A stretch of DNA of 51,677 bases. Origin: Octopus bimaculoides (taxonomy: Eukaryota). Of this stretch, positions 1 to 12,344 are shown piece by piece. The stretch covers positions 80,807,745 to 80,859,421 of the forward strand of contig NC_068991.1 of assembly GCF_001194135.2 (NCBI RefSeq), read 5' to 3'. The notes under the pieces were generated by a model. That model was not told the DNA's origin, ran no database searches, and was given only the letters and a program-made list of their open reading frames with translations. Made by a program: the position numbers and the translations under genes. The number at the start of each line of letters is the position of its first letter. Position 1 is the stretch's first letter.

Positions 1-268
1 TATCCTCATCCATTCTCACCACATGTCCATACCAGCGCAATCGTCTCTCTTGCACGCCACAACTGATGCTTCTAATGTTCAGCTTTTCTCTCAAGATACT
101 TACACTCTGACGGGTATTCACACTGACATTACACATCCAGCGGAGCATACTGGCTTCATTCCTTGCGAGCTTACGCATGTCCTCAGCAGTTACAGCCCAT
201 GTTTCACTGCCATGTAGCATGGCTGTTCGTACGCATGCGTCATACAGTCTGCCTTTTACTCTGAGTGA

Positions 269-270
<2 letters not shown>
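1..270 (-). mobile_element. RTE-clade LINE, C-terminal ORF fragment
   Basis: Minus strand reads SLRVKGRLYDACVRTAMLHGSETWAVTAEDMRKLARNEASMLRWMCNVSV...RRLRWYGHVVRMDED, the typical post-RT region of RTE elements. Related pieces at ~6150-6420 and ~30820-30905. Confidence 0.85.

Positions 271-324
<54 letters not shown>
271..324. repeat. (AAT)n microsatellite
   Basis: Perfect AAT run; gives the poly-N stretch in ORF 177..578. Confidence 0.95.
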
Positions 325-325
<1 letters not shown>

Positions 326-364
326 GAGAATATCTAAAAGAAATCATTCTGAATTTTGGGTGAG

Positions 365-650
365 GGTATCATCATCATCATCACTTAGTGTCTGCTTTCC
401 ATGCTGGCATCGGTTGGATGCTTTGACTGGAATTGGTAAGCTGGAAAGCTGTTTTAGGTTCCAATTTGATTTGACATGGTTTTTACAGCAGAATGCCCCT
501 CCTAATACCAACCACTCCAAGCGTGTAGTGAGTGCCTTTAATGTGTCGCCAGCACCAGCCATAGCTATGATTTCATGAGTTTTTTTTCAAGTACAGCAAG
601 TAGCCAAAGGTCTCAATCACTTGTCATCTCTGTAAAACCGAACATTCAAA
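365..650 (-). mobile_element. High-copy SINE / RTE-tail repeat (family with (GAT)n tail)
   Basis: (CAT)n then tttccatgctggcat..ggttgga, matching copies at ~14652, 24215, 29785, 31330, 35640, 37390, 43220 and 43955. Confidence 0.7.
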
Positions 651-922
651 GATCATGCTTCACCCAAAACTACATTGCAGAGAAGTAAACATTTTAACCA
701 AACAGTCATGTCTGCACCTATCTCGATTACCAAATTCAAATTATTTACTATTCTTGATTTACAACCGGTATTGGCATAATAGTTGAACGGATTCGTTATT
801 TTTACCCGAAAACCTGGCCCAGGAGTAGGGGTTGGACCAGATCCTATCTTTGGATTTGGAAATGGAACCATTTATGACTGTAAAAGATTTTGGAGAAGTT
901 TCAAATATAAATATGAACAAAC

Positions 923-1003
923 CTTATCTTCGAAGAATTTTCTTTCAATCTGTTCAAGCGTTTTCTGGTGTTGTTCATCTGCGACTCTTAAAGCTTCTTT
1001 CAA
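923..1003 (-). CDS. BBOF1: BBOF1/CCDC176-like exon: LKEALRVADEQHQKTLEQIERKFFEDK
   Basis: 81 nt, AG acceptor (ct at 1004-1005), GT donor (ac at 921-922), phase 0/0. Gapless by-eye match to human BBOF1 LKENLRNTERIHQETLRRLESRFFEEK as recalled. Confidence 0.85.
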
Positions 1004-1379
1004 CTACAAATGATAAAATATTAAATAATCAGATAAAAAGGAGTCACTTTGTTTTCTTTGAATGGCTCTGTTTTCTATTTACTACACAGGCATCGAGTCT
1101 GGCTCTCTTATTTGTACCAATAAACAATGTTCTTTGATTCTTTCACTTGTCTCAGACATTGGGCTGCAGCCATGCTGGAACACTGAATAGGTTAGTTGAA
1201 TAAATCAACCCAATCACCCCAAACCTTATTCTTTTTAAGTCTGGTTCTTAAGTTATCAGTCTTTTGCAGAACTGCAAAGTCACAGCGACATAAACAAACT
1301 GACACCAAACATCAAGTAGTGCAAGGGTGGGGATGGACAAGTGCAAAGTGACACACATGCATACATATATGTGTGCATA

Positions 1380-1545
1380 TACATGACAAGCTTCCATACA
1401 GTTTCCATTTACCAAATTCATTCACAAGACATCAGTTGGTTGGAGGCTAGAGTAGAAGGCATTTTCCAAGGTGCCATCAAGTGGAACTGAACTAGAAACC
1501 ATATGGTTACGAAGCAAGTCTCTTAACCATACAACTAAGTTTGTA
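1380..1545 (-). mobile_element. tRNA-derived SINE with CORE-like domain
   Basis: Reverse complement resembles the 9708-9870 copy (tggttaagag..cttcgtaacc..gttc..agttccact..ggcaccttgg..aatgccttctact). Confidence 0.6.
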
Positions 1546-2544
1546 CCTAGAAGGGGCTTCAGCAATTTGAACTCAAAGAATAGTGGCTTGGAACAAATAC
1601 CAATGATTCTGCCAAGTTCTCAGTTGCATAAATGGTCAATAAAAATAAATAAATAAAAGGACAAAGTAGAAAGGAGAAAGAGAGAAATGTTAAAGGTTCT
1701 TGAAAATGATCCTAATATGGACCCTAATTTTACTTAAAAGCCCCTCACTTCTATCAGTTTAGATTCTGGATATTATTCCTATTGTGGGCACCACATTCTT
1801 GTATGTTGTACTGTATGAAGTGACTAAAACGGTTGACACCAACAAGTGTCAAATACTACCGCTGCAGACAGAGTCGCAGCCAAACGATGCCATCATTAAA
1901 AATGCTGAAGTAAAACGACGATGACCACAACGATTATGATAATCATGATGATTATGATGATGACAACAGCAGTGGAGGTGATAACAATGACAGGTTGGTT
2001 GAGGTGATGATGATGAAAACCTCTGGATATCTACATCCAAAAGAAGCACTAACACTGTTTTACAATCTTTAGCACCATCAATATCCTTACCACTACTACT
2101 TCTACCATCACCACCACTACCACTACTACAAATGCATCTCACATCTTCACTCCTGTCTCTGAGATGTGAGATATTCAAAAATGAATACAAAGACATGGGA
2201 TGAGGTGGTCAAGCATGGCCTTTGAATATTGAACCTCACAGAGGTAATGACAGGAGAGGAGACCTTTGGAGATATGCTGTGATTGAGAAGACCTGGCAAA
2301 TAAAGTGAGATCAGTCAAGCATGTGCAACCCAGTTAAGAGTACGCTGATGCGTCGTGCAATATGATATGCTTCAGAAGACCTGTTGAGTCAAGTAAAACC
2401 AATATCGTAGCTGTAACCAGTGCCCCCTCACTGGCTCCCATGCCAGTGGCATGTAAAATGCACCATCCGAACATGGCCGATGCCAGGTCCACTTGACTGG
2501 CTCCAATGTTTGTGGCATTTAAAAAGCACCAACCAAAAGTGGTC

Positions 2545-3870
2545 GATGTCAGGGAAACTAATCGCATTCTTTGAAGAAAATATCTTGCTGAGTGATACCC
2601 AGCATGGCTTTCGACCAGGTAGGAGCTGCCTGACTCATCTCTTACAATATGACTGGGTATTGAGGTAGTTACAACTCAAATGTGGACGTAATATACCTTG
2701 ATTTTGCAAAAGCTTTTGATAAAGTGGATCATGGTATGATATGCCACAAACTGCGTAATCTCAGCATAGCTGGAAGACTTGGCGAGTGATTACATGACTT
2801 TCTGAAAGATAGAAGTCAGGCAGTAGTGGCCAATGGAGCCACCACCTCAATGTAAACACAAATAGTGAGTGGTGTTCCACAGGGCACTGTCTTGGGACCA
2901 CTGCTTTTCATAGTGGCCCTCTCAGATATGCCCTCAGCAGCCCGGACAGCCACTCTTGCTAGTTACGCAGACGATATGAAAGTCTCGTAGAAAATACAGA
3001 ACTCCAGCAATGTTGCACATCTGCAGCAGAAGTTGAACTCCATTTACAGATGGGCTGAAGATAATAATATGCAGTTTAATGCTGAAAAATTCCAAGCCCT
3101 GCGCTACCAACGTCCAAAACTGAATATGAAACTTACAGAGTACACTGGTCTGCAGGGAATTTCAATCCCAGAGCCTAAATCAGTGAGAGACCTGGGTATC
3201 GACATGAGTGATGATACCTCTTTCCAAGTGTACATTACCAGGATGGCAACAAAGTGCAGACGATTGGCTGGATGGATCCTAAGAACAGAGATAAGGAAGC
3301 CATGATGGTCCTCTGGAGGAAATTTGTCCTCAGCCACCTGGATTAAAACTCCCAGCTATCGTCACTCAACAGTGTAAAATTAACAGTAGACCATGAAGCA
3401 ATCCAGCAAAGATTCACAAAGAAGATTGTCTCTTTGAAATTGCTCAGCTACTGGGAAAGGCTGAAACAGCTAAGACTCTACTCCTTGGAGAGAAGGCGGG
3501 AGAGGTATGCAGTAATGTACATCTGGAAGATCCTGAAAGGAATTGTGCCAAATTTTGGCATTGAAAGCTACACAAATGCCAGAACAGGACGACACTGCAT
3601 AGTACCAAAGATCCCAGCAATGCCATCGCACTTCAGGACCAGTTACTGCAACAGTTTGGGTTTCAGGGGCCCACAGTTTTTTAATATTCCCCCAAAGAGC
3701 CTGAGGAACCTGCACAAAGCAGATGTAGGGGTTTTTAAATCAAAGCTGGACCTCTTCCTGTCGAAAGTCCCAAATGAACCTACCTCACGGCAAGAGGTAC
3801 AAATGAGGGTAGCGACGTCAAACTCCCTTATTCACCAAATGCCACATACTAGAAGAGGTTCTCAATAATA
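2545..3870 (+). mobile_element. CR1/L2-group LINE, 5'-truncated RT and C-terminus, degenerate
   Basis: QHGFRPGRSC, YLDFAKAFDKVDH, GVPQGTVLGPLLF, YADD (~2964), SLERRRERY and VPNEP...SNSL motifs, broken by stops and frameshifts. Confidence 0.9.
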
Positions 3871-4261
3871 ACAGTGTAACAAAACAGTGGTGCCCAATCA
3901 TGGCCACAGCTCTGAACTGAAACTAAATAAAAGAAAAAAAAATGAAATATATATATATATACATATATGTATGAAATATATATACACACACACTTACATG
4001 CACACGAAAGGGGCTTCCATAATTTCCCTCCATCAACCAAATTCCACCCATTACATAATGCCTTCATCAATCCAAGGTTATACTGGAAGGAATTTTACAA
4101 AACACTTCACAGGAGATTTAAACCCAAAAACATAGGTTGTGGATCCCACTTCTCCGACAACTGATAGAACTCTCTTACATGACAAGGGAATTTGGCACCT
4201 ATTTTAGGGGACAAAATATAACAAGGAAAGGATAAAAAATATTTTTTCGAAAGCAACTTAC

Positions 4262-4405
4262 CTCTTCTATTTCCTTCTGCATTTCTTTATTCTCTGCAGA
4301 AATTTGCCGGACTTGTTTGAGGTCATTGTGATAACTATCCGCTTCTTGTCTTTTTGCTTCTAGTTTATCTTCAAGATTGCTTAACTGTTCCTGGAAGTCA
4401 ACAGT
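4262..4405 (-). CDS. BBOF1: BBOF1-like exon: TVDFQEQLSNLEDKLEAKRQEADSYHNDLKQVRQISAENKEMQKEIEE
   Basis: 144 nt, polypyrimidine tract + AG acceptor, GAG|GTAAGT donor, phase 0/0. Coiled coil; aligns without gaps to human ...QINELE...HTELKAVRQ...ERELDD as recalled. Confidence 0.88.
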
Positions 4406-5012
4406 CTAAAGAAGAAAAAAAAATGGTAAAATTCATGCTAAATATGTTTCCTTAGCTAGAAATAATAATTACTCGAGAGGTACCCTTCAATGAGTAATTA
4501 TTACCTCCAAGGTTCTGCTAGCTAGGAAACATATGTAGCCTGGATTTTATCTGCTCCATTTCCTCAATTTGTATTTTAATTTACATTCATAGCAAACCCT
4601 TGTTGCTAAACATAAACTATAAGAATGCTTTCTTCAGCTTATCAAACCTCAATGTGGGAAAAGCTACAACTGTCTCTGCCAATAAACTACTATTGCTTCT
4701 CAGAGTTGTTTTCTTTACCTACCACAGACTGCTCAAAGCTTACTAACTCTCTACACCTAGATCCTTGGGTCTTACAGCTACATATTATTATGGGTTTGAG
4801 TGTCTGTGTGTGTATGTATATATATATATATATATATNNNNNNNNNNNNNNNNNNNNNNTGGGTTTAAACTTTTTCTGGTTTACTATAAAGAAAAAAGTA
4901 GACGAGAAGGAATAGAGAATAAAAAATACAACAGTGGAGTCTGTCAGGGGGAGAAGAAAAATAAAAGTAAAAGAAAAAGAAAGCGAAAGAGAATTAATAA
5001 ATTTATGTCTAC

Positions 5013-5078
5013 CAATATAGAAATTTCTTTCTCGTGCTTCTTTTGGAGTTCACGGACTTCTGTTTGTAATCGGTCAAT
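5013..5078 (-). CDS. BBOF1: BBOF1-like exon: IDRLQTEVRELQKKHEKEISIL
   Basis: 66 nt, ttccag acceptor, GT donor, phase 0/0. Equal in length to human IEKLKQQLNETKEKAQEEKDKL as recalled. Confidence 0.8.
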
Positions 5079-5615
5079 CTGGAAATCAGAAATATGTATT
5101 TTTAGATTGGTTTCAGGAAGGGCACCCAGCTGTAGAAACCCTGCCAAATCAGGCTGGAACCTGGTAGAGCCCTGCAGCTTGCCAGTTCCAGTCAAACCAT
5201 CCAACTCCTGCCAACAATGGAAAGTGGATGCTAAATGACGACAATGATGATGATGATACATATAAAGGGTAAAGACCTCCTTCGGTGATGACTGACCATG
5301 GGATTGCACCTAGAAAGTTTCCCTCCAAGGCACAAGTCCGGGCAAGGTTGTTTATGGAAGACAAGCAGTCGCCCATGCATACCAGCCTCCACTTTCCACG
5401 CCACTGATGTTATCCAAGAGAAAGGCAAAGGTTGATACAGCTGGGCACCAGTAACATCGCTACTCATTTCTACAGCTGACTAAACTGGAGCAACAAGAAC
5501 ACAACACACAGCCTGGACTGGGAATCGAACTCACTACTTTGTGATTGTGAGACCGACACTCTAACCACTGAGCCATGTACCTTCACAAACATATACATAT
5601 ATATATATATATATA

Positions 5616-6560
5616 ACAGAGGAATTCAGAACTGGATGCCCATGGGAACTACTATGTGCTGATGATCTTGCTCTTATTGCTGAATCTGAAGCAGAATTGG
5701 AGAAGAAATTCCAGGTTTGGAAGCAAAACCTGGAATCAAAGGGCCTAAAAGTTAACTTAGCAAAGACTAAAGTTGTTGTTAGCAAGAAAGCAGATAAGAC
5801 TCAAATTCCGTCAAGTAAATGTCGCAGCTTAGTATGTAGGAAAGGAGTGAGAAGTAATTCTATTTGCTGCACTAAGTGTAAACTATAGACACATAAGAGA
5901 TGCAGTGGAATTGCAGGTAAGTTAACAGATAAGGTTGCTTTTATGTGTAGCTGAAGCACAGGACCAATAAGCACTTGGGACTTAGACTCTCTCAAATGCC
6001 CAGGAGGCTCTCTTGAGGTAGTAGATAGTTTCTGCTATTTAGGTGACCATATTAGTAACGGGGGTGGATGCTCTGAAGGAGTTGTTTCTAGAATAAGAAT
6101 AGGATGGAGGAAGTTGAGAGAACTACTACCTCTGTTGGTAACAAAAGATCTATCTCTCTCAGAGTGAAAGGTAGATGATTGTGTGAGAATGGCTATATTA
6201 CATGGTAGTGAGACATGGGCTCTGAATGCAGAGGACATGCATAGACTGGATAGAAATGAAGGTAGCATGCTCCATTGGATTTGCAACATCAGTGTGCATG
6301 ACTGACAAAGCACAACTGTATTGAGAGAAAAGTTACGCATGAGAGGGATTAAATGTGGCATGCAGGAGAGGAGAACGTGTTGGTTTGGGCATGCAATGCA
6401 TACGAGTGAAGACAGCTGTACACAGAAGTGCCTATCACTGAAAGTGGATGGAAACCCAGGAAGACATGGGATGAAGTGGTGAGGACTGATCTTAGGATGT
6501 TGCAGCTCACAGAGGAAATGGCAATGGACCAAGATATTTGGTAATATGAGAAGACCTGCC
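5616..6560 (+). mobile_element. RTE-clade LINE 3' part, degenerate
   Basis: GCPWELLCADDLALIAESE, GLKVNLAKTKV, CxxC..THKRCSG, LHGSETWALNAED and WFGH motifs, with stops and frameshifts. Confidence 0.88.
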
Positions 6561-6982
6561 CACATCAGTGAAACTGAGTGCTAGAAGCATTGTGTCCAAC
6601 CCACATCTAACAGCAAATTTTTCGCACTCCCTACCCCAAGAAACCGAACTACATCTCTTCTTCAAAACTGCAGCTTCCTCTTCCTCACATTTCCTCTTCA
6701 TAAACTATGATTGTCTTCCAATCCTCTTTTCTACCTTCGCTACCCTGCTCACTTGATACTTTCTCCTACCCCATTTTTATACCCAGGTTTGTGCCAGTCA
6801 CTGCAATCCCCGCTCCCTAATTGTGCTTCTTGGCAACACCTGACAGCATATATTATGACCTTTGTACCTCTCTCTTCCTTACTCTACCATCATATCTATG
6901 TTCGATCCTTATTACTTGTGACTATACCCTGGCACTTCACCACAATCTCTCTCCTGCTCTCTCTTGCACTTTTGCTGTTTCA

Positions 6983-6984
<2 letters not shown>

Positions 6985-7028
<44 letters not shown>
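6985..7028. repeat. (CT)n microsatellite
   Basis: Direct reading. Confidence 0.9.
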
Positions 7029-7034
<6 letters not shown>

Positions 7035-7814
7035 TGCTCTTCCCTCTGGCTAGGTAGCCATGTATCTCCTCCACAGCAGCACACCTATTTCTGCCCTCGT
7101 TCTTGATCACTCTCTCTCATTCTCTTGCTTTTCCCCCTGACTAGGTAACCAAGTATCTCCTTCACATCAATACACCTGTTGCTCTCCTCTTTCTTGTACC
7201 GCTCTCACCCATTGGGATTTACACCATTGGCTACTCTTAAATCACAAGCAGTTTTAATAATCATAGATTCTTGCTTCAAGAAGCCTGATACAAGTACACG
7301 GCTAGTACTTTATTTTATTGACCTCAGAAAGATGAAAGAATGTGTGCGATTTAAAGTCAGACTGAAAAGGATTGGAATTAAATATCATAAAGCATTTTTG
7401 TCCAACACTCTACCAATTCTGTTCACTGATACTCTACCAATTCCCTCTCCTCTGTACCCATCCAATATTCTACCCATCCAATTTGTGACCACTCTATTAC
7501 TAAGTTATTCACTTCTCTAACAACTTATCACAACTAGAAATCTGTCCCTCTCACCTTCCCCTTCATCATCCCTACCACATACCTAGAGTTATTGTTCACT
7601 CTTCTTTTCTCTCTCAGTTAAGGGGGCCACTTTAGGTCATTAGTCTTGCAAATTACATGACAATAATTCCTAGTACACTCTATAAAGTGGTTGGGAAGGG
7701 CATCAAGCCATAGAAACCATTCCAAAGCAAACATTGAAGCATAACACAGTTCTTTGACTCATCAGGTCTCAGCAAACCATCCAACACCCATTCAAACTTG
7801 GAAGACAAGCATTT

Positions 7815-8335
7815 AATGATGATGAGGAGGACAAATAATGGCAATTATAATGATGATGATGAGGAGGAGGAGGAGGAGGAGGAGGACAAATAATGACAAT
7901 TATAATGATGATGATGATGATGACNNNNNNNNNNNNNNNNNNNNNNNNNNNNNNNNNNNNNNNNNNNNNNNNNNNNNNNNNNNNNNNNNNNNNNNNNNNN
8001 NNNNNNNNNNNNNNNNNNNNNNNNNNNNNNNNNNNNNNNNNNNNNNNNNNNNNNNNNNNNNNNNNNNNNNNNNNNNNNNNNNNNNNNNNNNNNNNNNNNN
8101 NNNNNNNNNNNNNNNNNNAATGACAATTATAATGATGATGATGATGAGGAGGAGGAGGAGGAGGAGGAGGAGGACAAATAATGACAATTATAATGATGAT
8201 GATGATGAGGAGGAGGAGGAGGAGGACAAATAATGACAATTATAATGATGATGATGAGGAGGAGGAGGAGGAGGAGGAGGAGGACAAATAATGACAATTA
8301 TAATGATGATGATGATGATGACAACAATGATGATA
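7815..8335. repeat. Compound minisatellite, unit GACAAATAATGACAATTATAAT(GAT)n(GAG)n, spanning an N-gap
   Basis: Unit start gacaaataat recurs at ~7830, 7885, 8174, 8225 and 8283, with variable GAT/GAG counts. Confidence 0.9.
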
Positions 8336-8523
8336 ATAAATTCACTGATGCTCTACCAATTCTGCCAATGAATCCACACCCTCCAGAAATGGCATATGGA
8401 CACCAAGTACTTTCTCGCTCTCATAGCAATCCATGCAGATGTCAAAATTTACACACCCATTCAACCATGCCTGCCTAACATAAAGAACAAATGAGAGGAA
8501 CACCAAAAGAAAAGCCATCATAC

Positions 8524-8647
8524 AGATTCCTCTTTTTTGCCATCTTGGGTTTTCAGATAATTCAGCACTTCGATGGTGTCCCATTCAACCTGGCAGATCT
8601 GACTTTGCAGGGATTCATTTTCCATGAGCAACTTAAAGGCATATTCC
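8524..8647 (-). CDS. BBOF1: BBOF1-like exon: (R)EYAFKLLMENESLQSQICQVEWDTIEVLNYLKTQDGKKEES
   Basis: 124 nt, ttccag acceptor, GTATGA donor, phase 2/0. Gapless match to human DTSRILAKSNEDLKKKQCKMEKDIMSVLSYLKKQDQEKDNM as recalled. Confidence 0.88.
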
Positions 8648-9094
8648 CTGGAAATAATAAAACATATAAAAAAGAAACAAGTGAAAAAGGAGAGATGATG
8701 CGGGGAGGGTGATGAGAGAAGAAGCGGCTGATGAAGGAAAGATGGAAGAAAAATAACAAAAAAAAGAACTAAGTCAAAGAAGGAAGGAGACTACAAGCAA
8801 GTGAAAGAAAAGAACTCCCTAATCCTGTCCTCATGACCCCGTTCACTGTATCATTGCAATCCAGTAGCCTCGCACCCACTTCCATACACCCAGGTTTTCA
8901 CCACTCACTGCATTTCCCTCCCCCACTCTCTAGCCACTTATATTATGACCTCCATACCTCAAGGGTAAGCCCTGGCACTTGCCACCAGATCTCACTCTCT
9001 CTCTCCTTTTACTCGACCATCTCATATTCTCCTGCTCTCTTTTGCACTCCTGTTGTCTCTCTCTCTCTTTCCCTCCTTTACAGTAAGATACCTG

Positions 9095-9141
<47 letters not shown>

Positions 9142-9419
9142 ATAATCTTTCATCAACTAACACAAGATCTCCTCTTCCAATGCCCTTCTCCTCCCCTCTC
9201 ATAATTTCTTGTCTTGCAAAGTTACTTTGGTGACCCTGCCAGTGCTTGGTGCCACTTAAAAAACATTCAGTCCACACTCTTGGAGTGGTTGGCATTAAGA
9301 AGGGCATCCAGTTGTAAAAACCATATCAAAACTGACCTTGCCTAAGTCCACTTTGCAGAGTGGTTGGTGTTAGGAAGGACATCCAGCCATAAAACTTTGT
9401 TAAAACAGACACAGAAGTC

Positions 9420-9500
9420 TGGTGTAGCTGGGCATTAAATGACGCTAATGATGCTAATGATGCTAATGATGCTAATGATGATGCTGATGATGCTGATGAT
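9420..9500. repeat. (GATGCTAAT)n / (GAT)n low-complexity repeat
   Basis: Direct reading. Confidence 0.85.
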
Positions 9501-9545
9501 AAGAAAAGGGGGAAACGACTGAGAATGAAAAGATTTGTAGGTTAC

Positions 9546-9656
9546 CTGTAGTGTAACTTGATTTTCTCTGCATTGTTTAACCTAATACCCCAAATAGCTG
9601 AGCTGGCTGCTGCAAGGCCAGCATTGCTTTCTCTCTTCTTTTTTGTATTATTTCTG
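9546..9656 (-). CDS. BBOF1: BBOF1-like exon: RNNTKKKRESNAGLAAASSAIWGIRLNNAEKIKLHY(R)
   Basis: 111 nt (108 with the alternative NAG), acceptor ttcttccag, CAG|GTAACC donor, phase 2/2. AASSAIWGIRL..E......YR matches human AKANASLWEARLEVTELSRIKYR as recalled. Confidence 0.82.
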
Positions 9657-9707
9657 CTGGAAGAACAAGAAAACTTTAATAATTATAAAAAAAGATAAAT
9701 AAATAGA

Positions 9708-9870
9708 GGTGCAGGCACGGCTGTGTGGTAAGTAGCTTGCTTCCCAACCGCATGGAACCGTGTTCAGTCCCACTGCATGGCACCTTGGGCAAGTGTCTTC
9801 TACTATAGCCTTGGACCAATCAAACCCTTGTGAGTAGATTTGGTAGATGGAAACTGAAAGAAGCCCATCA
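9708..9870 (+). mobile_element. tRNA-derived SINE with CORE-like domain
   Basis: A-box-like TGGTAAGTAG, B-box-like GTTCAGTCC, then accttgggcaagtgtcttctactatagcc. Related copies at ~29150-29305(-), 33720-33830(+), 34730-34860(+), 36260-36420(-), 43810-43900(-) and 47215-47350(-). Confidence 0.75.
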
Positions 9871-9949
9871 AAAATATATATATATGTAAAATTCAAATAA
9901 GTTATCATATATATATCATATATATATATTGGATTTGGCTTTCCAATCA

Positions 9950-10930
9950 TGAATTTCATTTCAAAAACAAGTAATCTACCAAGAACCCATTCCTGAAGAA
10001 AGTTAAACTCCACAAACTCCATTTGCAACTGATTTATCAAACACCTGAATATGGGAATTATAGTCGCCAATTCCTTAAGGACAATTCAAGACTACTTCAA
10101 CAACAAATAATCTATCTAAAAGAATTGAAGTTTTCTCTCCAACTGGACTCAACTCTCCCCAAAACCGAAGACATACATAACGGGTAAAAAATATCAACTT
10201 AAAAGACAATTACAGAAAGAAACAAACAAAATCCAGAACAACAAATGCACAAAATCGATACAAAAGAAGACAGGTTAACAGAGAAAATGTCCTTGGATAT
10301 ATAAATAATAAAAAACGGAAAACTTTGAAAAATCATTTTTCTTTTGATCCAACCAACAGAGTTCTCAACACCAGATGGTACAAGCTGAAGATAATTAACC
10401 TAACCCAAAAGTCTCTCAGTAGAAGAAATTGATATCTTGCCAAAAAGCCTAAAATTTACCCCAACACCACAGCACCCGAACTCCAATTAAATACAGAATG
10501 ATATCTCACAGTTCTGTAGAAAACTATGCCTAACAGACAAATTGTATGATAAAGAAATCAGGGACGAATCAATTGTAAGAAACAAGAGCAATTACAAGTC
10601 TACATAAGGTAAGAATAAAGCCTTAGATGAATTTTGTGATTTTATATCTACGTTCGCTTACAAAGAACTTTCACAACCTAGAAACCAAGTCCAATACAAG
10701 TCGAAAGGAATGGGATATTATACATGAACTGAAAAACAATAACAGTATTGTAATTAAAGAAGCAAATAAGGGAAGTGCTATAGTTATTATGGATATTGAA
10801 CACTACAAAAGAGATATACGATCTATATTACAAGATATGAGCCATTATGAAAAGGTAAATAATTACCAAAAATCAAAGACAATGACTAAACTGAACACAC
10901 TCATTCGCAGACATCAACAAGGTTGAACAA
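9950..10930 (+). mobile_element. Penelope-like element N-terminal/pre-RT fragment, degenerate
   Basis: INLTQKSLS..EIDILAKSLKFTPTP-like segment (~10395-10470) and IVIKEANKGSAIVIMD (~10745-10795), typical of the PLE region just before the RT. Confidence 0.65.
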
Positions 10931-11896
10931 ACAAAATCCTGACAACAACTGGGAACTTCCACAGAGACAGTGATGTCCACAAGCTCCTACCTAAGAAGAA
11001 ATGAAGGTGGCGCAGGCTTGAGATCAGGGCAGACAGCCTTCGTATGACTTTTGGTATCACTCAAGCATCACCTGCTGAACAACAGCAGCAAAAATAAATA
11101 TATAAATGCTGTCCTGAAAAGTGAAGTGAGCAACATTTTACACGTTGGCAGTGAACTCCTCAAGAAGCACTCTCTTCCTGATGATCTCCTATAAAGCCCC
11201 AAAACAGCTGGGCTCTCTTACCTCAGAGAAGACCTCAGCATACAAAAAAAAAAGACCATGCATGGGAATGTTGCCTGGAAGTTTGAAGAAGGCAGTAAAA
11301 TTGACACGAAGCATAGCCTCTCTTGGACACAAGACCACTACATCACATCACACTTTGAAGGCTATGCATTTGCAATTTAGGAACAGGAGATTGCCACAAA
11401 GTACCCGGTGAACAAGAGAGACAGTGATGCTCTTGTAATCCCAAGGTGCAACCGCATGTGTAGGCTATGTCATGTTTCTGTGGAAGACATCACGCATGTG
11501 ATTAGCAGCTGTCCTAAAATGTCATAGTCCTTTATGTTGTTGCTAAAACAATTTACAATGCCATCTGCACAAAAGACTGTCCTGAAATAACCTTAGAAAA
11601 TCCCTCTGTTATGAAATACATTCATAAACACCAACTCAAGAAATACTGGAAGAATATTCCAGGATATCTCTGGACAACTGCTTCAAAACCTCCAGCTTCT
11701 GTATCCAGTCTATGAATTCATATTCATACCAATAATAACTGGAACACTAGATTTTGTTAGTAAAATCTTAAAGGAGAATCTGGATAAACTGGGATTTTCA
11801 GAAAGAGAATTTGACTGGCTAATTCGTACATTACAAGTCCAATCTGTGAGTAGAACAGTAAAAATATGCAAGACTTTTCTCAAGTTCCAAATGTGA
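10931..11896 (+). mobile_element. RLE-type (R4/Dong/NeSL-like) non-LTR retrotransposon C-terminal fragment
   Basis: LTTTGNFHRDSD..EGGAGL, CCHC knuckle CRLCHVSVEDITHVISSCP (~11460-11515), and terminal IPIITGTL...LDKLGF...QVQSVSRTVKICKTFLKF*. Confidence 0.75.
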
Positions 11897-12039
11897 ATTT
11901 TGTCTGTGTCAATTACATTCCAAAGATGGAACCTTGTATCTTTGTTGTAAACCAGCTCCCTCCTCAGTGGTAGATTAAAAAATAGAAGAAACATACATAC
12001 ACACACATATATATATAGAAGTTCTGAAAAAGCTTGGTA

Positions 12040-12310
12040 TATCTAACAAGGTGTTGATGTTATCATTTTCTTTCATGAGGGAATGAAAGCTACTATTGTG
12101 TCTGGCAGGGAATCTTCCGTTTCCCTTGATGTTGCAAAGGGCACAAAGCAAGGATGTATCATGGCCACCGTTTTGTTAGCACTCTTTCTTTTCAGTGATG
12201 CTGAGGTATGCTCTTGGCGACATGGAAAATGGTGTTAAATTGCAGTTTCCAACAAGTGGTGAACTATTCAATCATTAGTGTTTCAATGCCAAAGCACTTC
12301 AAAATATCAC
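12040..12310 (+). mobile_element. RTE (BovB-like) RT fragment, degenerate
   Basis: GTKQGCIMAT(V)L...FSVML...NGVKLQF..SGELFN, similar to the RT core of the 19.3-24.1 kb element. Confidence 0.6.
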
Positions 12311-12344
12311 AGAAGAACTCTCAACTGATGGTCTGGTCCTGGGG

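Noticed and set aside
177-578. Low-complexity ORFs (poly-N/H/R/D, CV/YI/LS repeats) here and at 7769-8478, 40097-40465 and 41565-41934
   Set aside because: Translations of microsatellites and SINEs with no coding evidence.
9708-9790. tRNA gene
   Set aside because: The A/B-box-like head continues into a SINE body found in many copies and gives no full cloverleaf.
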